Source: Adineta vaga (lineage: Eukaryota; Animalia; Rotifera). From it: a stretch of DNA of 64,000 bases. The translations under genes and the position numbers were made by a program. The stretch is from contig CP075494.1 in assembly GCA_021613535.1 (NCBI GenBank), forward strand, positions 14,446,001 through 14,510,000, read 5' to 3'. Positions 27,420-41,316 of the stretch are shown here, one piece after another (position 1 is the first letter of the stretch; the number at the start of each line of letters is the position of its first letter). Below the pieces are notes generated by a model. That model made no database searches. It worked only from the letters and a program-made list of their open reading frames with translations, and was not told where the DNA came from.

Positions 27420-28199
27420 TTACTTTATATATTTTATTTTAAAGTATATTGAAACAAATAAAACAACATCAATTTTCCAACATCCAACTACACCTTTTTG
27501 GATTTCTTTTTCTAAATGTTGTTGAGTAAAACAATCCTTTACTAATTCTGTCTGTTTTAATAATTGTCCGAGACGTTCAATTCGATCTCGATGTCGAGGT
27601 ACTATTTTTGTTTCCCAAATTTCTTTTGTCAGATCAATTTTTAGATGCATATGTGCATGTTTTCGAAATGTTCCATGATTGATAGCCAGTAGAGGATAAT
27701 TCAGTTCACTGATTTGATCACATTCTCGATCAATTACTTCAACTGTATCTCGCCAAAATGCTTCCATTTCATCATTGTCATCGTTCAATTCAGATAAACG
27801 TTCGACATGTCGTTTTGGTGTTAGAATAAGTTTCGATCGATTACGAAAGTCAAGCCATGCATACGTATGTTTCTGTTCAGATAATAATGTTGTTCGACTT
27901 AATTCATGTCCTATATCACATGAACTACAAATAGAAACAGGTTCTGGTTCATGTTCGACTTGATCATCACCATAGAATACAAAGACGTTGAATTGATTAG
28001 TTTTCGTTCGATGGTGTTGAATTTTTAGATGAAAGTTAATTAAATTATAATCTTGTTCCACAATTTTTAAAAGTTGACGAAAGAACGCAGCAGCTTGGTT
28101 CATAGATACAAGATTACGAAGACTTATTGAACATTGAAATTTCCATCCATTCGGCATTTTATGTGGAATAATCCATTCATCAGGAATTACTAAAGTCAT
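27420..28199 (-). CDS. Intronless protein with HIT (histidine triad)-like domain
   Basis: CSSC, LILTPKRHVERLSEL and AINHGTFRKHAHMHLKI match the HIT-fold pattern CxxC...PKxH...NxG...HxHxH. The exact 3' end is uncertain. Confidence 0.7.
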   Translation of the reverse strand: MTLVIPDEWIIPHKMPNGWKFQCSISLRNLVSMNQAAAFFRQLLKIVEQDYNLINFHLKIQHHRTKTNQFNVFVFYGDDQVEHEPEPVSICSSCDIGHELSRTTLLSEQKHTYAWLDFRNRSKLILTPKRHVERLSELNDDNDEMEAFWRDTVEVIDRECDQISELNYPLLAINHGTFRKHAHMHLKIDLTKEIWETKIVPRHRDRIERLGQLLKQTELVKDCFTQQHLEKEIQKGVVGCWKIDVVLFVSIYFKIKYIK

Positions 28200-29099
28200 T
28201 CTTTCTATTCCTTAGAAAAAAAAATGTATATCAGATTTATTTTGTTTATCTCTTATATAGTGTATTATATAGTCAGTTCCACAATTTCTACGACATTCTT
28301 TCTTTCAATGCAATGACGTAAGAATGGTTGGAAACAACAAAAAACAGTAACGAATGAAAAATTTACGTTCTATCAAGACACATGATTCATATATGTTTTT
28401 CGGTGAAAAGTGACGATACAGTATTTACTATTGATAATGAATATTATACCTTCCAAGTCATATAGATCATAAATTTAAAGAAAAAGATGAAAATATGCTC
28501 TACAATAAATCATAAATTTAATTCAATTATTCAAGAAATTTTAGTGTATGTTAAATTTGGAGAAAAATGAATAATAGAAAGACTCGTGTGTCTGTTTCTA
28601 ATGCTTGATAAACATGGAATAATAAAATGAACATAAGTTCTTGATGATGTTAGTTTCCATAATAATAAATACAACATAACTCAATAAGGTTACAATCATG
28701 AAACATATTGGACGAGTATATTTTCGTTTGACTGAAACTCAGGCAATAGCCATCGAAGAGGGAGTGACAGTTAGACCGTACATTATCATAATTAATCCTG
28801 AAAAGACATTAAAGAATGAACAAGAAATTATGAATAATATTCAACATCAATAATACAAGTTATGAAACTCTACAAAAAAAAGAGAGTGATTACCGATTAA
28901 ACTATCTTATAATTGACATTAGTAAATGATCTCATAAAGAATATTTGTGATACCAATATCCAAGTGGAAATATGATAAAAATGTATAGGTTGAATCAATG
29001 TTTTTAATGTTGATGATGAAAATTCTATTGATTTTTGTCATATACTTTTGGAATGATACGCTTTATTAAAAAAATCATCATATAACATGTTAAAATATT

Positions 29100-29340
29100 T
29101 TATATGAATTCTTGTTTATTGGAATCATTATTTGGTTATATGGATCATTCTAGTTTATGTTGTTATGGCTTTTAGTGTGAATTTTGTTTATTTGGTTCAA
29201 ATACAAATAAGATCGATGGTAATAATTGTATTGGTTAATACATTTTATAAAATGAAGAAGTCTTCGAAATCGACTTCATTTATGTGAAAATCTAAGTTGT
29301 GGTCCATGTGCTCATTATCAAGAAGCTTGTTTTTCTTAAA
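29100..29340 (+). pseudogene. PLAC8/cornifelin-like Cys-rich protein pseudogene
   Basis: Fragments SLFGYMDHSSLCCYGF*CEFC, LFGSNTNKIDGNNCIG and RSLRNRLHLCENLSCGPCAHYQEA resemble PLAC8 motifs (CC..C, CxxCAxxQE) but contain stops and frameshifts. Confidence 0.6.
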
Positions 29341-29806
29341 TGACAAGGTAATTCTTGAGAAATAAATTAAATATTATTCTATATCATTTTCTATTTAGGT
29401 AAGAGAAAAGTCTTCGTCGCCTTATATGTCATTCAAGCAATTGCTTCTATTGAAAAATGCCAATCATTTCTTTTTTTGTAACACATTGTTTACAATGTAA
29501 TCGCAATTTGAAAAGACTGAAAAAATTTACATAGTCATCTGTGAAAGAAAAGATTTTGTACTACATTGAATACAGTGATATCTTCATGATGATGAGAATG
29601 CAAATGAGATCATTGTCTACAACCTCGCCGTATGTCCACACGTTTCGACAGAATTTTTATTTAATTTTTTATTTAATAAACTTTATTCTTATATAACCGA
29701 TTGTTTTCAACATCTGTCAAAAAACTCACAAAAAAGAAGATATTTTTGATGGTTCAAAAGATAGAAAATAGACAGATGGAAAATTTGAAAATACTTAAAA
29801 AAATTT

Positions 29807-30150
29807 TTAGTATTTTAATTTTTTGTTGTTTGATTCTAGCTCTGTTGGTTTGATATCAGCTTTTTCCTCAGCTTCTTTGATTTCCTTGTTGAGATCTTTT
29901 ATATCAACTTCAATAGAATCTGCTATTTTATTTTGCATAGCAGCTTCTTCATTATTCTTAGCATTTTCACCTTTTTCTAACGCTTTGTCCAATTCTTTTT
30001 CGAGAACTTCTTTTTCCTTTTTCAGTTCGACAATCTAAACAATGCGAATCATCTTTTAATTTTTAAGCATTTACCAGGAAAAACGATTAAGATTACCTGT
30101 TCTTTTGCTTCTTCTTTTTCCTGTTGTTTCACTTGGGCTGCGCAAGACAT
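29807..30150 (-). CDS. Small (93 aa) Lys/Glu-rich coiled-coil protein, 2 exons
   Basis: MSCAAQVKQQEKKEAKEQ (30150-30097), a GT-AG intron, then IVELKKEKEVLEKELDKALEKGE...NNKKLKY* (30034-29807). Confidence 0.75.
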
Positions 30151-30555
30151 TAGACTAATACAGTAACAATCACGTAACATCGCATACTTCTCTCTTCTCT
30201 CTCTTTTAATTACATTTTTATACAAATTTAGTTATCCTCTTTTATCTATCTGTTTATGAGTTAGACATCGAGAAGCAATACTCATACATATATATAAGAA
30301 GGTAGATATTGATTGTATTTCAAGATAAAGGTCGAAATCACGGTGACAAACTAAAATATAGCTGTACTAATCAGTCTCAACACATGTTCATTCTCTTACA
30401 GAAGCTGATAAACACTTTAACGCAGCTCGATATGATGCAATTATGTTCACACAATTAGTAAGCTTTATGTGAATAATGTATTCATAATCATAAAGTTCTC
30501 TTCGCAGCGAACAAGATTATTGATCGTTACTTTATGACATTTTGACAACAAAATT

Positions 30556-32211
30556 TTATTTATAAGAAGGGAGATACATATAGAAATCTTTAGAATGTAC
30601 CATTGATTTATCAAAAATTAAACGTTCGATTTTGTTACAGTTAAGACGTGTGGCATCACGAGTAAAATTCTCTGTGACAATTTCTAAAGGTTCATAATCA
30701 ATCTTCAGCTCAACCAGACGTGGTAAACGTGTGTTTGTATCGACAAGGAATTGTTCAACATAATCAATACATTCGGAATAAATGTTAAGATTAGTTAGAT
30801 TAGAAAATTTCACAAGTGATGAAATCTGATCATTTTTGTTTAATTGACTTAATCGTTTGTATTTTTGTGGAATTCTATTGAAAAAAAATAGATCAGTGAG
30901 TAGAGGAAAGGAAGAAGCAATCTGGATGAAGAAGTCATGTTCGAAAGCATAATAGATATCCACTATTGATATATTATGGACATGCATAAATAAACCTCCA
31001 GGAAAGCTGCTGCTTATGGTATATAAATCATTTAATGTATAGGAAATCGAATAAATATGAGATCGAGCTTTGCCACGTGGATATTGATCAATGTAGCAAA
31101 TACATTGATGAGATTTTCCATTGTAGAACGTGTGTTGAATATTATCAAGCTTCATCCAGTTTGTTTCATTGATAACTGTAGTATAAGTCATAATATTAAA
31201 CGTCAACGTTTGACGTCGTGGCAAGTATAGAAGAATTTCATTATTTAAATGAGTATTGTCGATGAATGCCGATCGATTTCCAACAGTCAGACGTAACATT
31301 AAATCTTCAAGATATATCATTCGACGAAGAAGCGATATCACTTCACTGTCATACTCTTTTGTTTCACTATGTGACGTAAGCGAAAAACTTCTGATAGTAT
31401 TTATTACCATATCACTGGGTATCAATTTAGTAGTACAAATATTAGAAATTTGAATGACGAGTCGATGTAAATAGGTGAGACGACCATCAAGTAAACACAA
31501 ACAATCATCAAACGTATCTACACTAATACGTAAATGAACAATACTTGATGAAAAACAAATTGTTGAAGGTAAATCAGCTATTTTCAATCGTGCAGGATAT
31601 CGTCGATCGCCTGGTGAACCAAAATCTAATTCAATTAAACTTTTGAACATAGAAAATATAGGAGCAAATACAGTCGTGCTTAGATCAATCAATGATTGCG
31701 TTTTTTCAGGATCATTAATTGAGAGTGTCAAGTAAGTGATTTGTTGTTTGAAAATTTGTACAAAAGGTGATTCATCTAAATAGATTTAAAGAATATTATT
31801 AAAGTGAAATATCATACAAATCTTTATACCGATAAAGTGTCGTATTACAAATTCTGGTTCGACTTTCATGACTGTGAGCTTCTGTAAACGAGGATAATGA
31901 CCAGCAGAGAGAATCCGATCCATTGAAATTGATTCAAAAGTTAAACATTCAACAAGTTCATGTATTTGAGGTAATATATTCAAACAGAATCGATCAAGTA
32001 TCGGATAAGTTAATGAACAATTATTAGGGTGATTGTTTGATTCTACCAATTCGATGGAACGAGTATAAGTCATATTACAGACCAATTTATTAAATCTTTT
32101 ATTAACACCCATAAATGAATAGAGTACATCGATTTTATTTAATTTATTCCAAATATTATAGATCATTTCATTTGGAAGATCCATTATGCTTGTAGCATTG
32201 TAATGATGCAT
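30556..32211 (-). CDS. F-box protein with degenerate LRR-like C-terminal region (2 exons)
   Basis: SIMDLPNEMIYNIWNKLNKIDVLYSFMGVNKRFNKL F-box. An intron at ~31776-31829 joins it to the 391-aa ORF (DCLCLLDGRL, FPLLTDL, TRLPRLVELKIDYE). This architecture is typical of an expanded rotifer F-box family. Confidence 0.85.
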
Positions 32212-32465
32212 GTTCAGTTCAATTCGAAAAGACAATTGTGAATGAATCGAACGATGTATTGTTCTTATATAACAATAAAACAAAAGATAGTGTGATACGC
32301 GAGTCATCTGCATATTTCCTTTTAATAAAGACGACATCTAACTTAAATAGAAAAATTGAAAAGACTTATTTGAGAAAATAATTATAAAGAGTATTTCATA
32401 AGTTTCGAGCTCCTTTTTTTGCTTTTTCATATTCCATTGTAGACTGATTTTCAGCAGAGATTATT

Positions 32466-33100
32466 AAAGGGTAACAACACTTAAGCTTCCAAATGAAAAA
32501 ATAATTGATTCTAATAGCATTAGTTTTACGAGAAAAGCACATCCATTTTCTACTTTTTGTATATTAAAATTTGCGATAAAACAGCTTTATACTACTTCAT
32601 AAGGTCCGAAGTATTATACTGTCATAACTGATCCAATGGGAAATTAAAAGCTGGAGAGATTATCATACACTGAGCTATTCTCTTTATGTAAAGGAACCAT
32701 ATCACGACGCCCTTTTGAAAAAAACAAGAACGTCAAGATCCATTGAAAATATTGAACACATTAACCAAAGACATTATCAACAAGCACGAAATTCTAGTCA
32801 ACGATCTACGACAGTCGGATTAGGAACGTCTTTAGCAAGTGTTAATCGTAGTATTAAAACTGATCTTAAAATGAAACTATTTTGCAAATTTAAATCAACC
32901 AAATTGACTGATGATAACGCTAAAAATAGAATGAAAAGTACTTTGTTATTAACTCAAATTATTCCAGTCAGATTGGATTGACTGCCGTGTATAATATGAG
33001 AAATAACATCGTATATGATGTCATTCGTGAGCAAATACCACGTGCACTTTTAGAAGCATTTGTGAAAAAAATTACGAAAGGTTTTATTATGTGGGAAGCA
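32466..33100 (+). mobile_element. Tc1/mariner-like transposase remnant
   Basis: RTSRSIENIEHI...SQRSTTVGLGTSLASVNRSIKTDLKMKLF resembles the second HTH of Tc1/mariner transposases. The catalytic region is deleted or disrupted. Confidence 0.65.
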
Positions 33101-33379
33101 ATCAATATAGTCTTGAATGATTCTCAGTGAATGACAAGAGATATATTGATTTATTCAATTTCAATGATTCAAATGAAACAATTCGATGTTTGATTTTTAC
33201 CGTAATCATAAATAATTTTCGAAAGAAAGAAAATCGTAAAAACATTTTCAAATGCATTAGAGAAACGAACAACTGTTGATTTAACATTGAATTTTGCAGT
33301 TTGCTATTAGAAAATGAAAACAATCTGAGGACAATTTCTTTTGCTTCACACATGACAAACGATTAGATCATTGACGTTC

Positions 33380-34922
33380 ATGGCATCGATTTCACATTCT
33401 CTATCACATTATATCGTCTTTTCATATCATAGAAATCATCAAGAACTTGTTTTAAAGATTTATCAATATTTGAAAATCCAAAATCTTCCTGTTTGGATTG
33501 ATATTCTAGATGGAATCAATAAAGACCAATATAACAGGTAATCTTGAAAGTAAAACAATTCCTGTTTTATTTATTATACGAATAGTGTTCGAGAAAAGAT
33601 CAGTGGTTTGGTATGTTTCATGACACCCATGTATGAATCTTCAAAACATTGTCAACAAGATATTCTATTTGCAAAAACTGAAGGTATACCGATCATTGCT
33701 TGTCGACTCTTACCTAATTGGAAACCTTCTGGTTGGCTGAGTAAGTATGTCTTGTAAACTTTTCTACTAAAGAATTTGATTTCGATGAATAGATAAAGTT
33801 ACAAGTGATCTATTAATAATCGATTTACAAGATATTAATCAAAAGAATTTCGAAGATAAAATTAAAAAATTACAAGAAAAATTAAATTGGCTTTTGGATA
33901 ATGGAAGAAATTCTCCAAGAATACCTCAATCATCTAATTTAATCGGTAATTGTGTACTTAAAATTTCACTATTTTTCTTAATTAAATAATCATTTTCAAA
34001 AGATTCTCTGACGATTTCTACAACTAATAATCCCGATATTACTTATGATAGAAAACAACCCATTAAATATCGCATACTTCCAACTAATTGTCGTCTATAT
34101 CTTTCAAATCTAATGATTTGTAGTAATGAATATATTCTAATCAATGCAAACAATCATTTACATTTATTTGATAAAAATCTTCGATTAATTCGATCGAATA
34201 ATGATATTCGAATAACTGAAAGTAACCTTCAAGATTTATGTTGGTGTACCGATGCGAATAGTTTCATTATTTTAACTCGAAAACACATTTATTTAATGAA
34301 TCCATTAACATGTAAATTATCTTCAATTGAAAATATCAAATCAAGTGATCATTTAGAAGAATTTCTATCCTGTACATGCACAAATGAGAAACTATTTCTT
34401 CTTACATGTCAATTGAATACAAATATGTTCTTCTATCATGAATATAATTTATCAACATTTCGATTTTGTCAAAAATTACGTATTCGAGATTTAATTGGTA
34501 CATCTCTATTGATACAGAATGGATTATTTGATAAATATGATATACAAGAAATGATATCTATTCGATATTTTCAACAGAAAATAGCAATGATTATGAGAAT
34601 AGGAACAAATTGGTTTATTTATATATTTAGCTTACATGAACAACCGATATTATTGAAAGAAATTCAATTAGGTGGAAGAAGTCGAATGACAATTTTAAAT
34701 CCAATGAATCAATGGATTCTATTTCGAGATTATTTATCAAATGAATTTATTCGAATTAATATTGATTTGCATAGGAACTCGCAAATGAATGAAACAGACC
34801 TATGTGTCGATTTTGTAAAAGGTTTTATTGATTTCGGTGGACAATTACGTAGTGTTGCACTTTTTGGAACATCAACTCTAGTTTTTCTTATTGATAATAC
34901 TCTTGTTCTTTATAAACTATAA
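33380..34922 (+). CDS. N-terminal TIR-domain protein with beta-rich C-terminal domain, multi-exon
   Basis: Spliced: HYIVFSYHRNHQELVLKIYQYLKIQNLPVWIDILDG...GLVCFMTPMYESSKHCQQDILFAKTEGIPIIACRLLPNWKPSGWL (TIR_2-type pattern), joined to the 269-aa ORF 34113-34922. Confidence 0.8.
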
Positions 34923-35162
34923 ATCTTTTCTTTTTCATATCATTTCAATACATTCTCTAGTGACATCTATTGAGATTCATATTTTTATTAGTCAATCTTA
35001 TCTTGGTATATCGTGGAGAAGCATTGTGCATGCGCATGCGCTTAGCATACTTTCGAAACAGAACCTTTTCGATCCCAAAAAATCTTGTCCTTTGATCTTA
35101 TGATGATTCAAATGAAATTTTTGTTTAAGATATTTATCTATTTACTGTGAAATTTTGCATAA

Positions 35163-36133
<971 letters not shown>

Positions 36134-36347
36134 ACAATTGACTTCTTGCTTTGTACATAGGTTTCTTGTGCATCATCTTTTGTTCTTCAAACATGTCTAG
36201 TCAAGCGAAAAGTTTTCTTGCCTGAACTATTTATCTATACATTGTAATTTATTTTGCCTAAACAATCGTATCTACACATTTTTTTTACATCGATAAAACA
36301 ATACAGAAATCGAGAACGTGAGGGTTTTTTATTTTTGTCTTGCAGAT

Positions 36348-39333
36348 ATGGAGGATGATAATTTATTATTGAATATTACGAGTGAACCATTACCGACGAA
36401 ATCGAAATTCTCAGAAAAAAATACAATTGTATGTGAAAAGAGAGAACTTTTAGTTGTATGAAATGAATTGTTTTTTTTTGTATATTTTTATAGAAACGTA
36501 AACATGACGGTGTGGAAGAAAATATTTCTGAGAATGTCGAATCAATATCAAAGAAAAAACGAAATGAACGTACCAAACTTGATTTATGTCAAGGAAAAGA
36601 AATGAAATCAACAAAACGATCATCTCTATTTGCAAATAATCCGACTATACCAGAAATTGACGAGTATGTTGACGAAAGATATAGAAAACAAACGAATTTT
36701 TGTTTTCTGTTTAGGAAAGTTGTTGAAACTGCAAAGGAAGAAATATTTGGTTCAGCATTATCACTTGATCAAGTACCCGTACATCCTCATATCGTAAGTG
36801 TTCAAATAACAATCAGACTGTACTTTTTTAATAACATATATTCTCTCCTAGATTTCATGTTTAAAACAAAAATTTAATATCACTCGTTTAACAAATGTTC
36901 AAGAAAAATCTATTCCAGCTATTCTCACTGGTGAAGATGTTATAGTTAAATCTCAAACGGGCAGTGGTTTGTTAAAATAGCTAATCTATTTCTTTCATTT
37001 GTGAAATCTTTAGGTAAAACACTTGCATATGTTATTCCATTGATTCATCTCATACAATCTCTCGAACCAGCGGTACGACGAGAAACTGGTCCTATTGCTA
37101 TCGTACTTGTTCCAACAAAAGAAGTAAAAAAATCATCGATCAACTATATTTTTTCTGAATCCGGTTTGTTTTTTTAGCTTGTTCAACAGATCTATGAAGT
37201 ATTTCAAAAAGTGTTAACATCATTCGTTCGTATTGTTTGTTCACCGTTAGTTGGTGGTTCAAATCGAAATCATGAGAAGAAAAGGTAAATATCGAGTCGA
37301 AATAGAATTTTACTAATTATTTATTTAGACTTCGTCGTGGTTTAAATATTTTAATCTCAACACCGGGTCGTCTATGTGATCATATCGATAATACACAATC
37401 ATTATCGTTGAAAAACATTCAATATTTAATCTTTGATGAAGCTGACAAGTAGAAATACATCTTTCTCTACATGAATTTTTAGTTTATGAGAATTGTTTTT
37501 ATAATTTCAGAATGCTTGATATGGGTTTTGCTGATGCTATTAAGAAAATTATTGAGACAATAAATAAACAAATTGAATCAGATAAACATTTCCAACGTGT
37601 TCTTCTTTCAGCAACTCCAACGACAGGTTTTATTTATAAGAATTTGGTTTTTTTCATCATTTCGCGTCTTTTTTTCTTTAGCATTGAGTCATTTTGTTGA
37701 TATTAATTTGAATAAGAAAGCTCTTCGAGTTGATATTTCCGAAGAATTCAATGAAGAAAGTGTCATTACTGTACCGAAAACATTGCAACAAATGTTTATG
37801 ATTGTACCAAGTAAATTACGATTTGTAACGTTAATGGCATTTCTTTTGAAAATCTTTAATAATAAAGTAAATTGATTTCACTCGAATTTCGTTTAAGAAA
37901 TTTTCGTTTATAAAGGGAAAATCATCAGAAGCAAAAGTTCTTATATTTTTGGCAACAAATGATCTCGGTAATTTTCATTATGAAATATTAAATACAATGT
38001 TAAATGGTGATAAAGATGAAGATATGGATGAACAAGGTGATTTACAATTTGGCCATTTATTAGATCAACCAGTGAAATTATTAAGATTACAAGGCGATAT
38101 GACTCATCATGTATGATTGTCGAGGTTTTTTTTTTTCATTAATGTGAAATTTTATTTCTAGGAACGAACAAGTGTGTTTAGTGAATTTTCAAAATTAACT
38201 CGAGGAATTTTATTATGTACAAATGTTGCTGCACGTGGTTTAGATTTACCAAGTGTAACATGGATTATACAATATCATCCAACAAGTCCAATTGATTATA
38301 TTCATCGAATTGGTCGAACTGCTCGACTTGGTTTGTTCTTTAGTCTATTTTTAGAAAATATTGTAGAGAATATTGTTGTTTAGGTTCAATTGGTCAAGCA
38401 TTGATATTTCTTTTACCAAATGAAGCTGAATATGTAACAACATTGCAAGATAAATATAAAATGAGGTAATGAATTCTTTCTCAATGGTAAATAGGAAATA
38501 TTTGCTTCTTTTAGTTTAAAAAATATTTCACCTGATGATGTTCTTGAAACGTTAATGTACAGCTGTGAGAAATTAAAACAACATTTCGAAACTCGAGTAA
38601 GTTCTATATTGTTTACATATTAAATTCTGCATTGTTCTCTTTTGAAAATTCTTAGACTGTCGTTCCAAGAACAGCTGAACAATGTGCAAGTTCATTACAT
38701 CATCATTTTGAAGAGTATGTCAATGGATCTGCTGTTCGTGTTGAACAAGCTCGACAAGGTTTTTTTCCTCTCATTTCCTCATTGTCTATATAAACGAGTT
38801 TTGTTTATTTTAGCTTATCTTTCATTCATTCGATATTATGCATCATTTTCTCGTGAATGGAAATATTTATTTCATGTTAAAAATCTACATCGTGGTCATG
38901 TAGCAAAAAGTTTCGGTTTGAAAGACTTACCGGATGAATCAAATAATCATACACTCAAAGAACGTAAGGAAACGTTTGGATCAAAACCAAAATTCATCAG
39001 ACCAACGAAACTAGACGAGTCAGTAGTTCGCAAAATTCATTCGATCAATTCGTATTGTTTTTTGTTTGTTTTAGTGAGGAAAGCAATGATGAACCAATGC
39101 CAACACCTGTGCCAGTGAATCCAGAGAAAAAGAGTCTGTTTGATCGTTTACCGTTGACAAACAGGCCTAGTGGTCGACCACGTTATCGCAATTTTAGTCA
39201 TATATCCGAATTTGGTAGTGGTTTAGAAGTAACCACTAAATCCAATAAGAAAAAAGACAAAATTGGTGAATTTCTGGAGAAGAAACGTGAACGAAATACC
39301 AGTAAACGTTTATTTGGTCGTAAACAGACTTGA
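36348..39333 (+). CDS. DDX31: DEAD-box RNA helicase DDX31/Dbp7-like, many exons
   Basis: [10 protein letters not shown] start, [39 protein letters not shown] and C-terminal [17 protein letters not shown]. Confidence 0.88.
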
Positions 39334-39914
39334 GAAAAGAAGTGAAACAAAAATTTTGTTTTTGTTATTTGAAATCAAATTAAAACAAAAAAAGAAGAAT
39401 ATAAAAAAAATTATACTTTTCCTAAATGGATAGAACCATCTTCGGGATGTGGGTGAGAGTATGAATACTACATTTTACTAGTTTCTTGATCTCTTTAGAC
39501 ATAACTTCGACCTGCTGTCGTCTTTGTCTAATATAGTATAATCGGAGCTTACTTTCTTACGAGAAGTGCTGTTCATTCTACTTTTAAGGCCACGAATGTG
39601 TAGAGTATAGAGTTTTGTTTCGATACGAATCGATCATTATTTAATAGAATGGGTTTGTATTCAAAACAAACGTGCTAAGAACAATATCATATTGATGTAA
39701 TTCTATCCACATATGAAATTTGACTATATACTTCAACAATGTGTATAATAGAACATGTATAATCTTATGTAATCCATGATATGAACAAATCTTTCAATAT
39801 TTTGTCATTTGTCATTTTCAGTTCAAGTAGAGATGAAAAAATATCTCTTTGAAGTTAACTAAAATCGTTCTTTTTATTTATTATTCGAGAAGAAAAACAA
39901 ATAGATCATTAGTT

Positions 39915-40969
39915 TTATTCATTTTCAATTGAATTATCATCCTCAATAGTAGGTTGAGTAGATAAATCTTCATATTCATAAACATATTCATATTGTTCGA
40001 CATATGAATTAACTAAAGGCATAAATGAATAATCTTTATATGTATTTCTTAATACAAATTTATTTGCTTTTATTCCATATATCCAACTTTGTTTACATGT
40101 AGGCAATGACCAAACAATTCGAACAGATGTTTGCTTTTCATTTGCGTACGTTTTCACACGTTCAAATAATCTTTGACAGATATAATCACTTACATTATAA
40201 ATATAATCATCAAATTTGGAATTTAATTGACATAATTGTACCATAAATACCGTTGTATCTTCAGTATTCAAAATTTGTACACATATTGATGCAACAGGAA
40301 CGTTTCCATTTGAATAAATAATATAACGTTCGATTTCATCATGTGCTTTATTCATATGATCGAAAATTTTCTGTTTCTCACGTTCAAGTAATGTTTGATA
40401 ACGAATCGATGCACCAGAAATTAGAATAATAAAAAATCCAATCGTACGAATAAGTGAAACAGTATAAGAATAATCATAATTATTCATTTGATACTCAATA
40501 ATAAATAATGTTGCAAAAAATAACCAACCATTTTTAAATGGAATATCAACAATAGATGGAAAGATAGTTTTTGTATCATCATCAAGAAGATATTTCCAAT
40601 CGGTTTCGAATTTATCTATTGATTCAGTTCGATTATTTGATCTTATGAAGTAAAAAGAAAAACAACAACGAGAAATTATAAAAATTGAGAAGAAACAAAC
40701 TTTGTTGTTGCTGATTCCCATGTTAAATCTTCATTAAGAATTTTTTCATCTGGTTTTTTATTCTTTAAACGAGCATTTAACCACAAACGTTGAAAATAAC
40801 CTGTGATCTTCGATAAACAAAATGCCGAACAAAAAAATGTTATCAATGTGTTAAAACCAAACCATGTATTAAAAACTCGCGATAGCATTGAATACAACGT
40901 AATATTCAAAGCAGATCGAGAAACTGTTCGTATAGCCGCAAATAAAACTTGAAAAATTGGAACAAGCAT
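39915..40969 (-). CDS. Uncharacterised membrane protein (2 exons), possibly with a degenerate GNAT-like C-terminus
   Basis: Two long ORFs joinable by a short GT-AG intron (~40642-40699), with hydrophobic segments. No family confidently recognised. Confidence 0.6.
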
Positions 40970-41316
40970 TTTTTGTTAATAACTCTAAATATAAAAAACT
41001 AACAAAGTCAGAGAGTTTAGATATCACACAATGAAGCGAAGGACTAATTATGAATCGCTTGATCGGTTTTGTTCTATACATTCGAACGTCATTTCATCTC
41101 ATTCATATATATATATATAGAGAACAGAATGAAAAAAAAATGTGTTGATATCACATCGTGCGCACATTGTTTGATTCATATATGAAGACAATATCAAGCC
41201 CGAGAAGAATAGCAGCTGTATTTGAAGAAATACAAAAAGAAAACGGACAAACGAATATGAAACTAAGTAAGAAAAATGAAAAAGGAAGCCAAATAAAACA
41301 GTTAGTAATAGTCAAA

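Noticed and set aside
28130-28160. GWKFQCSI resembling the GWKxHxS motif of phosphothreonine-lyase/LanKC domains
   Set aside because: The His is absent and the match is too short to support without a profile search.
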